Shown here piece after piece: positions 36,554-44,600 of a DNA stretch of 44,600 nucleotides (position 1 is the stretch's first letter; the number at the start of each line of letters is the position of its first letter). Origin of the DNA: an uncultured Pseudomonadota bacterium (GTDB lineage Bacteria; Oederibacteriota; Muellerivitia; Muellerivitales; Muellerivitaceae); assembly GCA_963770835.1 (NCBI GenBank), contig CAVYRH010000014.1, positions 1 through 44,600 on the forward strand, read 5' to 3'. A model generated the notes under the pieces. It was given only the letters and a program-made list of their open reading frames with translations. It was not told the origin of the DNA and ran no database searches. The position numbers were made by a program, and so were the translations under genes.

Positions 36554-37993
36554 TTGAAACGATTCGCTTCTATTTCGACGGCCCTCTTCATGATATTTGG
36601 GTCCATCCTTCCAGGTTTTGCGGGGGAGGCCCCGATGACCCCAACACCCACCTTCCCCTCAGATATCGAAAAACTGAAACCTCGCATCGATGCCCTGGTT
36701 GCCCCAACCCTCAAGGCCGGCTGTTTCCCCGGAATGGTCGTGGGAATCCTGGACGGGGGCGAGGTCCGGGTATTCGGGTATGGCAAGACCTCGATGGACA
36801 ACGACCGGGTTCCCGATGGAAATACCGAATATGAAATCGGCTCGATCACCAAGTTGTTCACCGAATTGCTGCTCTTGGATATGGTTCGAAGGGGGGAAAT
36901 GGGGCTAGAGGACCCGGCCCAAAAGTACTTTCCCAAGGGCGTCAAAGCGCCCGCGCTGGGCGGCAAAACCTTCACCCTGCGGCAGTTAGCCAAGCACACC
37001 TCGGGCCTGCCGAGGAATCCCGACAATGAAAACATGATGGAGCCGAACGTTTGGGGCGATTACACCCTTTCCGACCTTTACGGGTACTTGTCCCGTTGCC
37101 CTTTGGAGTCCGAACCGGGGGGAAAATTTCTTTATAGCAACACGGGGTACGGATTATTGGGCGACCTGATAGGCGCCAAGGACGGGCGGAGTTACGAGGC
37201 ATACTTGAAAAAACTTGTTTTGGACCCGGCGGGGATGAAAAACACGGGCGTCCGTTGGAGCGAAGACCAACTCAAGCGTGCTTCCGGGGGCATGGACGGG
37301 GACGATCAACCGGCGGCCCTGTGGAAGTGGAACCAAACCGCCCTCGCGGGTGCCGCGGGGCTTCATTCCACCGCAGGTGATCTTTTGAAATTGGCGCAAG
37401 CGGTGTTGGATCCGGCCAGGTCGCCCTTGTCCCATATCGCTTTCAGCCCCACGGCCGCCCAACTGGATTGGGGCGATTTTGTCCAACACGACGGCGGCAC
37501 CGACGGGTTCGCCTCCTCCTTCACCGTGGACCGGAACCAAAAGAAGGCGGTGGTCCTGCTGGCGGACTGCAATAATTTTATTTTGTTCAAGCTTTCCCAT
37601 AAGATCCAAGCCCTCCTCTTGGAGGGCACCCCGCCCGGGTCCCTCAAGATGTCCAAAACGATAAAGGGTTCACTTTCCCGATTGCGGCCCTATGCTGGGA
37701 AATACCGGGTGACCGCCGTGAATGAGGTTTTGCGGTTAAGAAAAGGCGACGTTTTGAATCTCGCGGTAGAACAGGGGCATTTGGTGGCGAACATGGAGGG
37801 GAATTGCCGTCGCTTCATGATTTGCCTGGAAAGCGGGGATCGATTTTTCGTGAAATCCCTGGATACCCCTGTCGTTTTCGTGAAGGATAAGAAGGGAAGG
37901 GTCCTTCGGGTCCGATCCTCGCGGAGAAAATCCTCCTTTTCTTTTTCGGCTTATAAATTGAACGGGATTGGAAAGAGCGGGAAGCAGGAATAA
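36554..37993 (+). CDS. Serine hydrolase, beta-lactamase/AmpC-like family, with C-terminal extra domain
   Basis: EIGSITK (SxxK), HTSGLP, YSN, HDGGT; probable TTG start at 36554 after GAGG, then a signal peptide. Confidence 0.88.
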   Translation: MKRFASISTALFMIFGSILPGFAGEAPMTPTPTFPSDIEKLKPRIDALVAPTLKAGCFPGMVVGILDGGEVRVFGYGKTSMDNDRVPDGNTEYEIGSITKLFTELLLLDMVRRGEMGLEDPAQKYFPKGVKAPALGGKTFTLRQLAKHTSGLPRNPDNENMMEPNVWGDYTLSDLYGYLSRCPLESEPGGKFLYSNTGYGLLGDLIGAKDGRSYEAYLKKLVLDPAGMKNTGVRWSEDQLKRASGGMDGDDQPAALWKWNQTALAGAAGLHSTAGDLLKLAQAVLDPARSPLSHIAFSPTAAQLDWGDFVQHDGGTDGFASSFTVDRNQKKAVVLLADCNNFILFKLSHKIQALLLEGTPPGSLKMSKTIKGSLSRLRPYAGKYRVTAVNEVLRLRKGDVLNLAVEQGHLVANMEGNCRRFMICLESGDRFFVKSLDTPVVFVKDKKGRVLRVRSSRRKSSFSFSAYKLNGIGKSGKQE

Positions 37994-38069
37994 TAGGCTG
38001 TCCAATGGCAACCGGCCGAAGCCGCGCGAAACTCATGAAAAATTTTAAGATTTTGAGAGGAAAAACCAA

Positions 38070-38348
38070 ATGGGCACCAAGAAAAACAGGGATTCGGGTA
38101 TCAGTTCTTTCGTGGAGGACCTGCTGGAGAGGGAAGGCCTCGTTCTCTTTGAAAAGTGGTTCGAGCGCTTAAAACAGTCGGCCCCTCCCGGTCAAAAGGT
38201 AACGGATTTCGAGGTTCGGGACGAAATGGTCGGGGAAATCGCTTCTTTAGTTACCCAGGATAATTCCTTGATTTTGGGCAAGAAAGACAAGCTTTTGATC
38301 GAGGAAATTTTGAACAAGTTCTTAAAGAAAGCCGACCTTTTGCGGTAG
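38070..38348 (+). CDS. Hypothetical protein (92 aa)
   Basis: GAGGA RBS; helical, charged; no family recognised. Confidence 0.7.
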   Translation: MGTKKNRDSGISSFVEDLLEREGLVLFEKWFERLKQSAPPGQKVTDFEVRDEMVGEIASLVTQDNSLILGKKDKLLIEEILNKFLKKADLLR

Positions 38349-38644
38349 GGAAGAAAACTATTTAGATCTTGTTTTTATTCAGGTAAAGAATGAGGGAATT
38401 TTTTAGGGGGGCGAAACGGCGGATTTCCTTGCGGAAGCCGTCGGGGTTTTGACATTCAACCACAATCAAGTAACCTGGGAATCTTCTTTAGAAAACAAAC
38501 GCAGGTAAAAAACTCTTAAAAATTCAAATTTTTTGACGCTTTTGACATCCTTCCAGCCGATAAATCGTCGAATGCCCCAAATCGAGTGGGCAAAAACACC
38601 TTTCGAGGAAACCCCTTCCGGAAAAAGTCCCGCGGAACCCTCCC

Positions 38645-40648
38645 TTATTTTGAAGGGGTTGAGTTGGGTGTAGGTTCGGGGGTCGGGTTGGTTTGGGGCC
38701 GCGGGTCGAAGTCGGTCGGGATGATATTCGTCACCCCGAGGGTTTGATCCACGGGGGTTACCCCGACGTCCTTCATACCGAACCCGCTCTTTTCCGGAAG
38801 CGTCCCCACAATGGTCTCGGGGATCGTTGCGTAATCGGGCGGGAGGATGGAAACAGCGCCGTTTAAGCGGGCCGGGTCAAAAGCCGCCACCAGGTCGGAA
38901 ACGTCCGGCGTCAGGGCGTCGTCCGGCCCCCAATTGTCCTGCCCCAGGTTCTTCTTGCCGAGTTTGCGGCCTTTCAGTTCGTCCGGGAGCTTGGCCAGCG
39001 GGGTGAGCCCGAAGACCGTATCCACGAACTTGACCACCGAACCATGGTCCCCCGTCTCATGCACCACCGAATGAGCCCTCGCGTAGGGGGAAATGAGCAG
39101 GAAGGGAATCCGGGGTCCATCGCTGATGGCTTCCTTGTCCGGGCCGAAGACGCGTAGGGGTGGCGGAACGTGGTCGTAGAATCCCCCTTCGTCGTCCCAG
39201 GCGATTAGAATGGCGCAGTTGTTCCAATATTGGCTCTTGGCGATGGTGTTGATCACCTCGGCCAGCATGGCCTCGCTGATCTGGGAGTCCGAACCGCCCG
39301 GATGGTCGTCGTCCCCCAGGTACCTTTTCTGGGACGCCGCGTCCGGATTGGCCGGGTTCAAACCTAAGAGATTCCGATAGCCGCCCTTCACGTAATAAAC
39401 GCCCCCGTCGGGGGAAAGGGTTCCCTTGGCGACGGCGGGCATAAAGTCCCGCAGGTCATGGAGGCTACCTGCCATGGCCGGGCTGTGGACGATGTAACCG
39501 AAATATTGCGGGCCGTTATGGTGGGTGACATAGGACATATGGACCCCATCGGCATCGGTCGGGTCCTCACCGCCGGGAATGGGCTCCCCATACCCCTCCT
39601 GGTACCAACCCCAAGAAACGGCCTTGCTCCCCTTTTGGCTTAAATAGGCAACGTCGTCCCCCAAATCCTCAAGGTCGGAGTCCTTCTCCGGGTCTTCGGA
39701 AGTCTGGCTTTGGGCCTCGGTACCGGCCAGGGAAAGGGCGAGGGTCGCGTAGGTCTGGTTGTATTGGACATCATCCTCCTTCTTTTTGGAGAAGTCCTTC
39801 GGGTTCACAGGCATTTTGGGGTTGGACTGGGTGTCCTCGGGCGATCCCCAATAGGGGTCGGAGCTGTTCAGGACCGGTTCGCCCTCGCCTTTTTTCCCGA
39901 AATCCTTTTCCATCCTGTCGGGGTGGAGGACGCCCTCGGTTTGCCCGCTTTGGGCGGCGATGATGGACAGGTTGCCGGGGGTGGAAGGGCCAACCATCAA
40001 TTGGAAAAAGTGGTCAAAAATGACGAACCGGTTGGCGTAGCGCCAGAGGAAGGGGATGGTTTCGCCGTCGAGATGGGCCATGGTGATTTCCCCGAATTGC
40101 TTGGCTTTCAGGGTGGGAAGGGCTTTCGGGTCTTTTTTCAGTTCTTCCGACAGTGCGAACTTGTCCATCAGCGGGTTCCCGTCCGTCACATCCATCTTTT
40201 GGCCCAATATCAAGTGGCCGTGGCCGACGTCGTCGAGGTCGGCGGCGTATTCCTTGGGCCCGATGCGGAAGGGCTGGATTTGCATGGTGGTTCCGTCGGT
40301 GTTTTCGATGTCCTGGGTAAAGCCGGGGGTCTCGCTTTGCGAGTGGGAATAGATACCCTCCACGCCGGGGAAGGTGCCGAAATAGTGGTCAAAGGAGCGG
40401 TTTTCCTGGTAGAGGATGAAAACATATTTAACATTTTGGCGCAGGAGGGAAAGCAGTTGCTTCCGGGTGAGGCGGGGCTCCTTCGACTTAGGGACTTCTA
40501 AAGGGGCGACTTGGTCGTCGCCGGTGGGGGGAAGGCTCTCGACCGAGGATTTGGAAAGCGGTTTGGAAAAGGCTGGGGAAGACAGGCCGACAAATGAGAA
40601 AATTCCCAAGGTGCAGAGGACGCCAAAGGCAGCTCGAAAGAATTTCAT
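38645..40648 (-). CDS. Phosphoesterase / phospholipase C (AcpA-like) family, secreted
   Basis: YQENRSFDHYFGT, GPSTPGN, DDHP, WDDEGGFYDHVPPP, GPRIP..ISPY, DHGS. Confidence 0.93.
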   Translation of the reverse strand: MKFFRAAFGVLCTLGIFSFVGLSSPAFSKPLSKSSVESLPPTGDDQVAPLEVPKSKEPRLTRKQLLSLLRQNVKYVFILYQENRSFDHYFGTFPGVEGIYSHSQSETPGFTQDIENTDGTTMQIQPFRIGPKEYAADLDDVGHGHLILGQKMDVTDGNPLMDKFALSEELKKDPKALPTLKAKQFGEITMAHLDGETIPFLWRYANRFVIFDHFFQLMVGPSTPGNLSIIAAQSGQTEGVLHPDRMEKDFGKKGEGEPVLNSSDPYWGSPEDTQSNPKMPVNPKDFSKKKEDDVQYNQTYATLALSLAGTEAQSQTSEDPEKDSDLEDLGDDVAYLSQKGSKAVSWGWYQEGYGEPIPGGEDPTDADGVHMSYVTHHNGPQYFGYIVHSPAMAGSLHDLRDFMPAVAKGTLSPDGGVYYVKGGYRNLLGLNPANPDAASQKRYLGDDDHPGGSDSQISEAMLAEVINTIAKSQYWNNCAILIAWDDEGGFYDHVPPPLRVFGPDKEAISDGPRIPFLLISPYARAHSVVHETGDHGSVVKFVDTVFGLTPLAKLPDELKGRKLGKKNLGQDNWGPDDALTPDVSDLVAAFDPARLNGAVSILPPDYATIPETIVGTLPEKSGFGMKDVGVTPVDQTLGVTNIIPTDFDPRPQTNPTPEPTPNSTPSK

Positions 40649-40911
40649 TTTTTACTCCAGGAATTTAGAGAAAGTTTGTTACGTGTGTCTAGTCATAATG
40701 GACCGGTTGATATTTCCCTAGGGTTAAATCCCCGTTTCCAGGTCGTTGTCTTTCCATTGCAAAAACGACATCTTAGAAGGTGTTTTGGGAGCCTTAAAGG
40801 GTGATCCCTTTTGGCATGGAGGGACCTGATCGTGAATTATGGGCGGGGAAGAAAAATGGGGGTACTTTAGCAGGACTGGGGGGTGATAAATATTGCCGCT
40901 TTCGGGGCGGC

Positions 40912-41064
40912 AGGCTCGGTGCAGGGGCACCCAATCTTTTTATCGTTTGGACTGGGTACACCCAAATCTCGCACCTCGCCTGGTACCAATTGTCATTCAA
41001 TTGGCATTACCTGACATACCACGCACCTAGTGGGTGCGTGGTGGTAATAGGCTCGGTGCAGGGG
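40912..41064. repeat. 16-bp direct repeat around two palindromes
   Basis: AGGCTCGGTGCAGGGG at 40912-40927 and 41049-41064; inside, CCAATTG-N5-CAATTGG (40986-41004) and ACCACGCACC-N5-GGTGCGTGGT (41018-41042). Confidence 0.85.
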
Positions 41065-41265
41065 TCAGTTGGCCTCGAACCGGCTGATAATCCTCTTGAA
41101 TTCCATCCCTTTGGGCGTGTAATGGCAAAGGGTTTCATTCGGGTTTTTCCCGTTCCTAATCTTCTCCAGCCAGCCATTCTTGATAAAAGCCTCGACGGCG
41201 CTCTTGTCGTCAAAAAGAACGGCAGTTTGGGGCTCGGTTGTGTTCGTCATGGGCCAGTTCCTCAT
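41065..41265 (-). CDS. Small hypothetical ORF, possibly a winged-helix fragment
   Basis: FIKNGWLEK...HYTPKGMEF resembles a wHTH wing; start uncertain; may be a remnant. Confidence 0.4.
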   Translation of the reverse strand: MRNWPMTNTTEPQTAVLFDDKSAVEAFIKNGWLEKIRNGKNPNETLCHYTPKGMEFKRIISRFEAN

Positions 41266-41544
41266 GGAAACTCGACGGTTGGAATCTATGAAGTCTTGTG
41301 ACTCGATTCAAGTAAGCCACAAGGTCGGTTAACCAACTATGTCATGTGTCATAACTTCATTCTATTTATTGTTTTGGTCTTAGCATGGTCCTTGTCGGTT
41401 TAACTAAACCAAGAACACCAATAAGTGATTCCGACTCCGTAAATGGCCCTCCACTTCTAACGATATTTCCCCCGGGAGTATCTATTCACTGATGAAACCC
41501 CTAGGCTAGGTAAAAAACCCACAAAATTCGAGGAGAAGTATTCA

Positions 41545-41871
41545 ATGACCGCACTTCAAAAACTAGAAGTTCAAAATACACTGGATGAAAGCGGAATCCC
41601 GTCGGGCGGGTTTGTGCGCGGTATCGGCATTTCCATTACCTGGCAGGATAGCCCCTTGGGAAGGGGCGCGGAGCGCAAGGAACAAACCGGGGCTTCTTTG
41701 GAAGATGTCCTCGAGGCTTGCCTGAGCCGTTTGAAATATTACCAAGGCACGAAATTCAATTGCCCCGAGAACGTCATGGCCTTAAACGATTTGGAAGGGG
41801 CCCTCAAATGGCTCCGGAAACGGACGGAAGCCCGCGAGAAGAGGCTGGTCGAAGGGACGCATAATATTTAA
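41545..41871 (+). CDS. Tad1/Acb2-family cyclic-nucleotide sponge homologue
   Basis: ITWQDSP...GASLEDVLEACLSRLKYYQGTKFNCPENVMALNDLEGALKWLRKRTEAREKRLVEGTH follows the recalled Tad1 pattern IxFQxG...GV..DLL....RL..FQ..PF...EN..AL...EEAL.W...R...R..R.V.GT; GAGGAG RBS. Confidence 0.8.
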   Translation: MTALQKLEVQNTLDESGIPSGGFVRGIGISITWQDSPLGRGAERKEQTGASLEDVLEACLSRLKYYQGTKFNCPENVMALNDLEGALKWLRKRTEAREKRLVEGTHNI

Positions 41872-41982
41872 AACTCCCAACCGGACCGATGGCGCGTCAG
41901 TATTCCACGCAACAAGATTCCCTCTTAATTTATTTTTCAACGCCGCCCAAATAGAAATCGCTTCGTTGTAACCCCGCCAAGT

Positions 41983-42606
41983 CTAGTTGCCGGTGATTAC
42001 GACCCCGATGATCACCAGCATCACCAACACCACGGCCCATAAGCGCCAGTCGAGGAGCACGCGTCGCCAAAAGGGGGGCCGAACCCCAGTGGTTGCCGGT
42101 TCCGGGGTGGCGGTGGAGTCCGGTTCATTTTGAGGGGTTGCCAGCTGGCCGGGCTCCGCGGTTGATCCCAAGGGAGCGGCCCCTAGATCCGTTTTTTTCA
42201 CCCGCTTTTCCGAGTGGGAAGCGGCCGCTTTTCTCGCCCCTGGAGGCAACCCTTCAAATCCCTGTCGAACCGCCGATTCAACATTGGGAAAAAATTTTAA
42301 GATCGTGCTGAATTGAAGGAGATCGAAAACTTCCAGGACATCGGGGCTCATTCCCGACAGCACCAGATCCCCGTTTTCACCGCGGATGCGCTTGATCTCA
42401 CTGACAAAAAGGCCCCATCCCGCGCTGCTGATGTAGTTGGCGTCTTTTAGGTCCACCACCAACTTGTACTGGTGATCCCTCAAGGCGATCTGGAAATTTT
42501 TATCGAATTCGGAAATCGTGTTGGTGTCCAGCGAGCCTTTGACCGTGATGAGGGTGATGTCCTTGTTCAGGGGTGATTTGGAAAGACTGACAGTGAGGTT
42601 GTCCAT
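41983..42606 (-). CDS. STAS-domain anti-sigma-factor antagonist with C-terminal membrane anchor
   Basis: KGSLDTNT, VVDL...YISSAGWG, GDLVL; Pro/Ala linker; terminal WAVVLVMLVIIGVVI. Confidence 0.88.
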   Translation of the reverse strand: MDNLTVSLSKSPLNKDITLITVKGSLDTNTISEFDKNFQIALRDHQYKLVVDLKDANYISSAGWGLFVSEIKRIRGENGDLVLSGMSPDVLEVFDLLQFSTILKFFPNVESAVRQGFEGLPPGARKAAASHSEKRVKKTDLGAAPLGSTAEPGQLATPQNEPDSTATPEPATTGVRPPFWRRVLLDWRLWAVVLVMLVIIGVVITGN

Positions 42607-42682
42607 AATTTACTTCTCCTTAAATTGAATGTTAGGGGTTTGTTTTATTTAGGCGGCCCGCCCCATGGCCGACGACCGGTGT

Positions 42683-43648
42683 TTAGAAAGCGGGGTCCTT
42701 TCCGTGTTCTGCCAGCCACCCTAAAAGCTGGCGGATACTTCCGGTCGCCAGCGCGATGCTGGTATCCGCGGCTCCGTAATAAAGATTAATCGTGTCCCCG
42801 TCCGCGCCGATGGTTTGACCGCAGGGAAACGCAACGTTGGAAACATCGCCTTCGCGTTCATAAGGGGCCTCGGGGCTGAAGATCCACTCATCGCCCCGAA
42901 GAAGACATTGTTCCGGATTGTCCAGGGCGAGGAGGGCGGTGCCCAGGCGGTAAATACATCCCGAGGCCGTTTGCCGGACGCCGTGGTAAAGCATGAGCCA
43001 TCCCCGGGGCGTCTCGATCAAGGGCCCGGTGAGCCCGACCTTATTGGCGTCCCACCAAGCGCCCTGGCGCGCCGGCAGGACCAACTTGTGATTTCCCCAG
43101 TTCTGGAGGTCGGGCGAATAGGAAATCCAAATATGGGCGCCCCGGTCGTTGATGGGGCGGTGGATGAGCGCGTAACTGCCGTTGATGCGCCGGGGGAGCA
43201 GGGCCGCGTCCTTGTCATCGGGCTGCATGACCATGCCATAGCGCTTGAAGGTGCAAAAATCCCCGGTCTCCGCCAGGGCCACCCCCGGCCCCCCCTTGCT
43301 GTAGGCGGTATAGGCCACCATGTACATACCGGTTTCCTCCAGGAAGGTGATTCGAGGGTCCTCGATGCCCCAGAGTTCCTCCGGGTAATTCTTCGGATCG
43401 GGTAGGAGGGTGGGGTTTTCGTCGATGACCCATCCGTCAAACCCGTTTTTCGAGCGCGCCGCGCAGAGGTGTGAAAGTCCCCGGCGGTCCTCGACCCGGC
43501 AGAGCAACAACGTGGTGCCGTCCTTGAGCCGCGTGGCGCCGGGGTTGAAAACTGAATGGATCGGATAGGGCCAGTCGGCCGCCGTCAAAACCGGGTTTTT
43601 CCCGTGCCGTTTAAACAAAACCTCATAACCTATTTTGGATGTCGTCAC
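42683..43648 (-). CDS. Glycoside hydrolase family 130 (mannoside phosphorylase/glycosidase)
   Basis: VFNPGA, GIEDPRIT, DDKDAAL, WLMLYHG, YYGAAD; GTG start at 43648 overlaps the upstream stop (GTGA). Confidence 0.92.
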   Translation of the reverse strand: MTTSKIGYEVLFKRHGKNPVLTAADWPYPIHSVFNPGATRLKDGTTLLLCRVEDRRGLSHLCAARSKNGFDGWVIDENPTLLPDPKNYPEELWGIEDPRITFLEETGMYMVAYTAYSKGGPGVALAETGDFCTFKRYGMVMQPDDKDAALLPRRINGSYALIHRPINDRGAHIWISYSPDLQNWGNHKLVLPARQGAWWDANKVGLTGPLIETPRGWLMLYHGVRQTASGCIYRLGTALLALDNPEQCLLRGDEWIFSPEAPYEREGDVSNVAFPCGQTIGADGDTINLYYGAADTSIALATGSIRQLLGWLAEHGKDPAF

Positions 43649-44600
43649 CTTGTCCCCCGTCCGTTTGGTTTCGCACTGCCGCCGTCGGCGGATTGCATTT
43701 CGAAAAGCGCGAGAAGGAAAGAAAGCGTCGATTCGGCGCCCTCGTTCTCGTTCACCCGGTCGGCATGAAGCCCATCGCGGCAACCGCCGGTCGCCACGTT
43801 GTAAAGGGGTTGCCGCAACTGGTTTTCCCCCAGGAACCAATTGAAGGCGCGGCGCGCCTGTTCCACCCATTCGGCCTCGCCTGTCACCCGGTGCGCTTCC
43901 AGGCAGGCCGAAACTACGCCACAGGCCTCCACGGGTTGCTGGTCGAAGGCGGCTTTCAATCCGCCCCGCGCGTAAAACCCGTTGGAACCGATGGGGGCGA
44001 AAACGCCGCCCTCCGACCATTGGGCCGAAACCAGCCAGGAGAGCGATTCCAGGCCGGCCCCGATCATGGTCTTGTCCTCCATCCAGTTTCCCGAGACAAT
44101 CAGCGCTTGGGAAAGCCGCGCGTTTTCATAAGTCGCCTGGTCCTCGAACCAGGGCCAGTCGCCGGTCCGCGTCCGTTGGTAAAGCCCCAGGAGGCGCTCG
44201 GCGATGGTCTTTCGCACCGACTGTACGCCGCGGTCGCCCTCGAAGGCGCGTAAATATTCGTCGATACCCAGGAGCGAGAAAGCCCAGGCGCGGGGGCTGG
44301 AAAAACCCTGGATGGTGGGCAGGGCCGCTTGCAGGAGGTCTTGGCTCAGGCTGGAACGCCCCGGATCCTGGGCCCTTCCCACCACACTCCCCAGCGCCCA
44401 AAGGGCCCGCCCGTGGCTTTCCTCCGAGCCGCAGCCCTCCACCCATTGCCGCGAGTAGGGCAGGAAATTCCGGAACCGTCCCTTTTCGGGGTCGAAAGCG
44501 TGGTTTACGAAGGCCAGGTATCGTGCCGACAGCGCACGCGATTCCCCCGTTGGAACGATGCCCGCGTCCTCAATGAGGGTCATCAGGAGCAGCAATACAT
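43645..44600 (-). CDS. C-terminal six-hairpin-like domain of a GT4-type glycosyltransferase fusion, partial
   Basis: GRFRNF, SEESHGRALWALG, WPWFE...YENARL, FDQQPVEA, WFLGEN, GGCRDGL, NENEGAEST; this family commonly sits next to GH130. Confidence 0.82.
   Translation of the reverse strand, partial: VLLLLMTLIEDAGIVPTGESRALSARYLAFVNHAFDPEKGRFRNFLPYSRQWVEGCGSEESHGRALWALGSVVGRAQDPGRSSLSQDLLQAALPTIQGFSSPRAWAFSLLGIDEYLRAFEGDRGVQSVRKTIAERLLGLYQRTRTGDWPWFEDQATYENARLSQALIVSGNWMEDKTMIGAGLESLSWLVSAQWSEGGVFAPIGSNGFYARGGLKAAFDQQPVEACGVVSACLEAHRVTGEAEWVEQARRAFNWFLGENQLRQPLYNVATGGCRDGLHADRVNENEGAESTLSFLLALFEMQSADGGSAKPNGRGTR

Noticed and set aside
36290..37993. Bona fide class C beta-lactamase resistance gene
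   Set aside because: It has SxxK and YxN but HDG in place of KTG plus an extra C-terminal domain, typical of generic serine hydrolases.
40700..41900. Intact prophage around the Tad1-like gene
   Set aside because: No integrase, terminase, capsid, tail or replication genes; the flanks are ordinary cellular genes.
25333..44020. Upstream-extended starts in the ORF track (26556, 26613, 36290, 44020; also 6200, 7072, 9248)
   Set aside because: Downstream starts have an RBS, signal peptide or stop-start coupling; the extensions overlap repeats or neighbouring genes.

Overview
Bacterial chromosomal window of moderately high GC with about 40 genes. It holds mostly accessory, surface and metabolic genes; I found no rRNA, tRNA, CRISPR array, integrase, transposase or phage structural gene. 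Left 7 kb: a VapBC pair, a GNAT-like/LuxR-HTH regulator facing away from a 1241-aa Thr/Pro-linker lipoprotein (the pair bracketed by a 188-bp direct repeat), a Phd-RelE/ParE pair and gene relics. Middle: a redox cluster (LLM, HxlR, DoxX, pirin), a 2236-aa Gly-rich autotransporter flanked by a response regulator and a REC-PAS-GGDEF-EAL gene, a truncated globin, an NHL lipoprotein, GH26, TraB/GumN, MDR, rhodanese-like, VOC, NMO, PlsC, GNAT, SGNH, serine hydrolase and phosphoesterase genes. Right end: STAS, GH130 and a partial GT4-type gene. Most notable: (1) a Tad1/Acb2-family cyclic-nucleotide sponge homologue (41545-41871), a family known as phage anti-defence proteins, here with no phage genes nearby; (2) four separate direct-repeat duplications at or next to stop codons that bracket inserted DNA with no recombinase in view; (3) a dispersed family of hairpins ending in (R)CAGG, one inside an in-frame insertion in a VOC gene. 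All family assignments come from motif recognition by eye; no searches were run.
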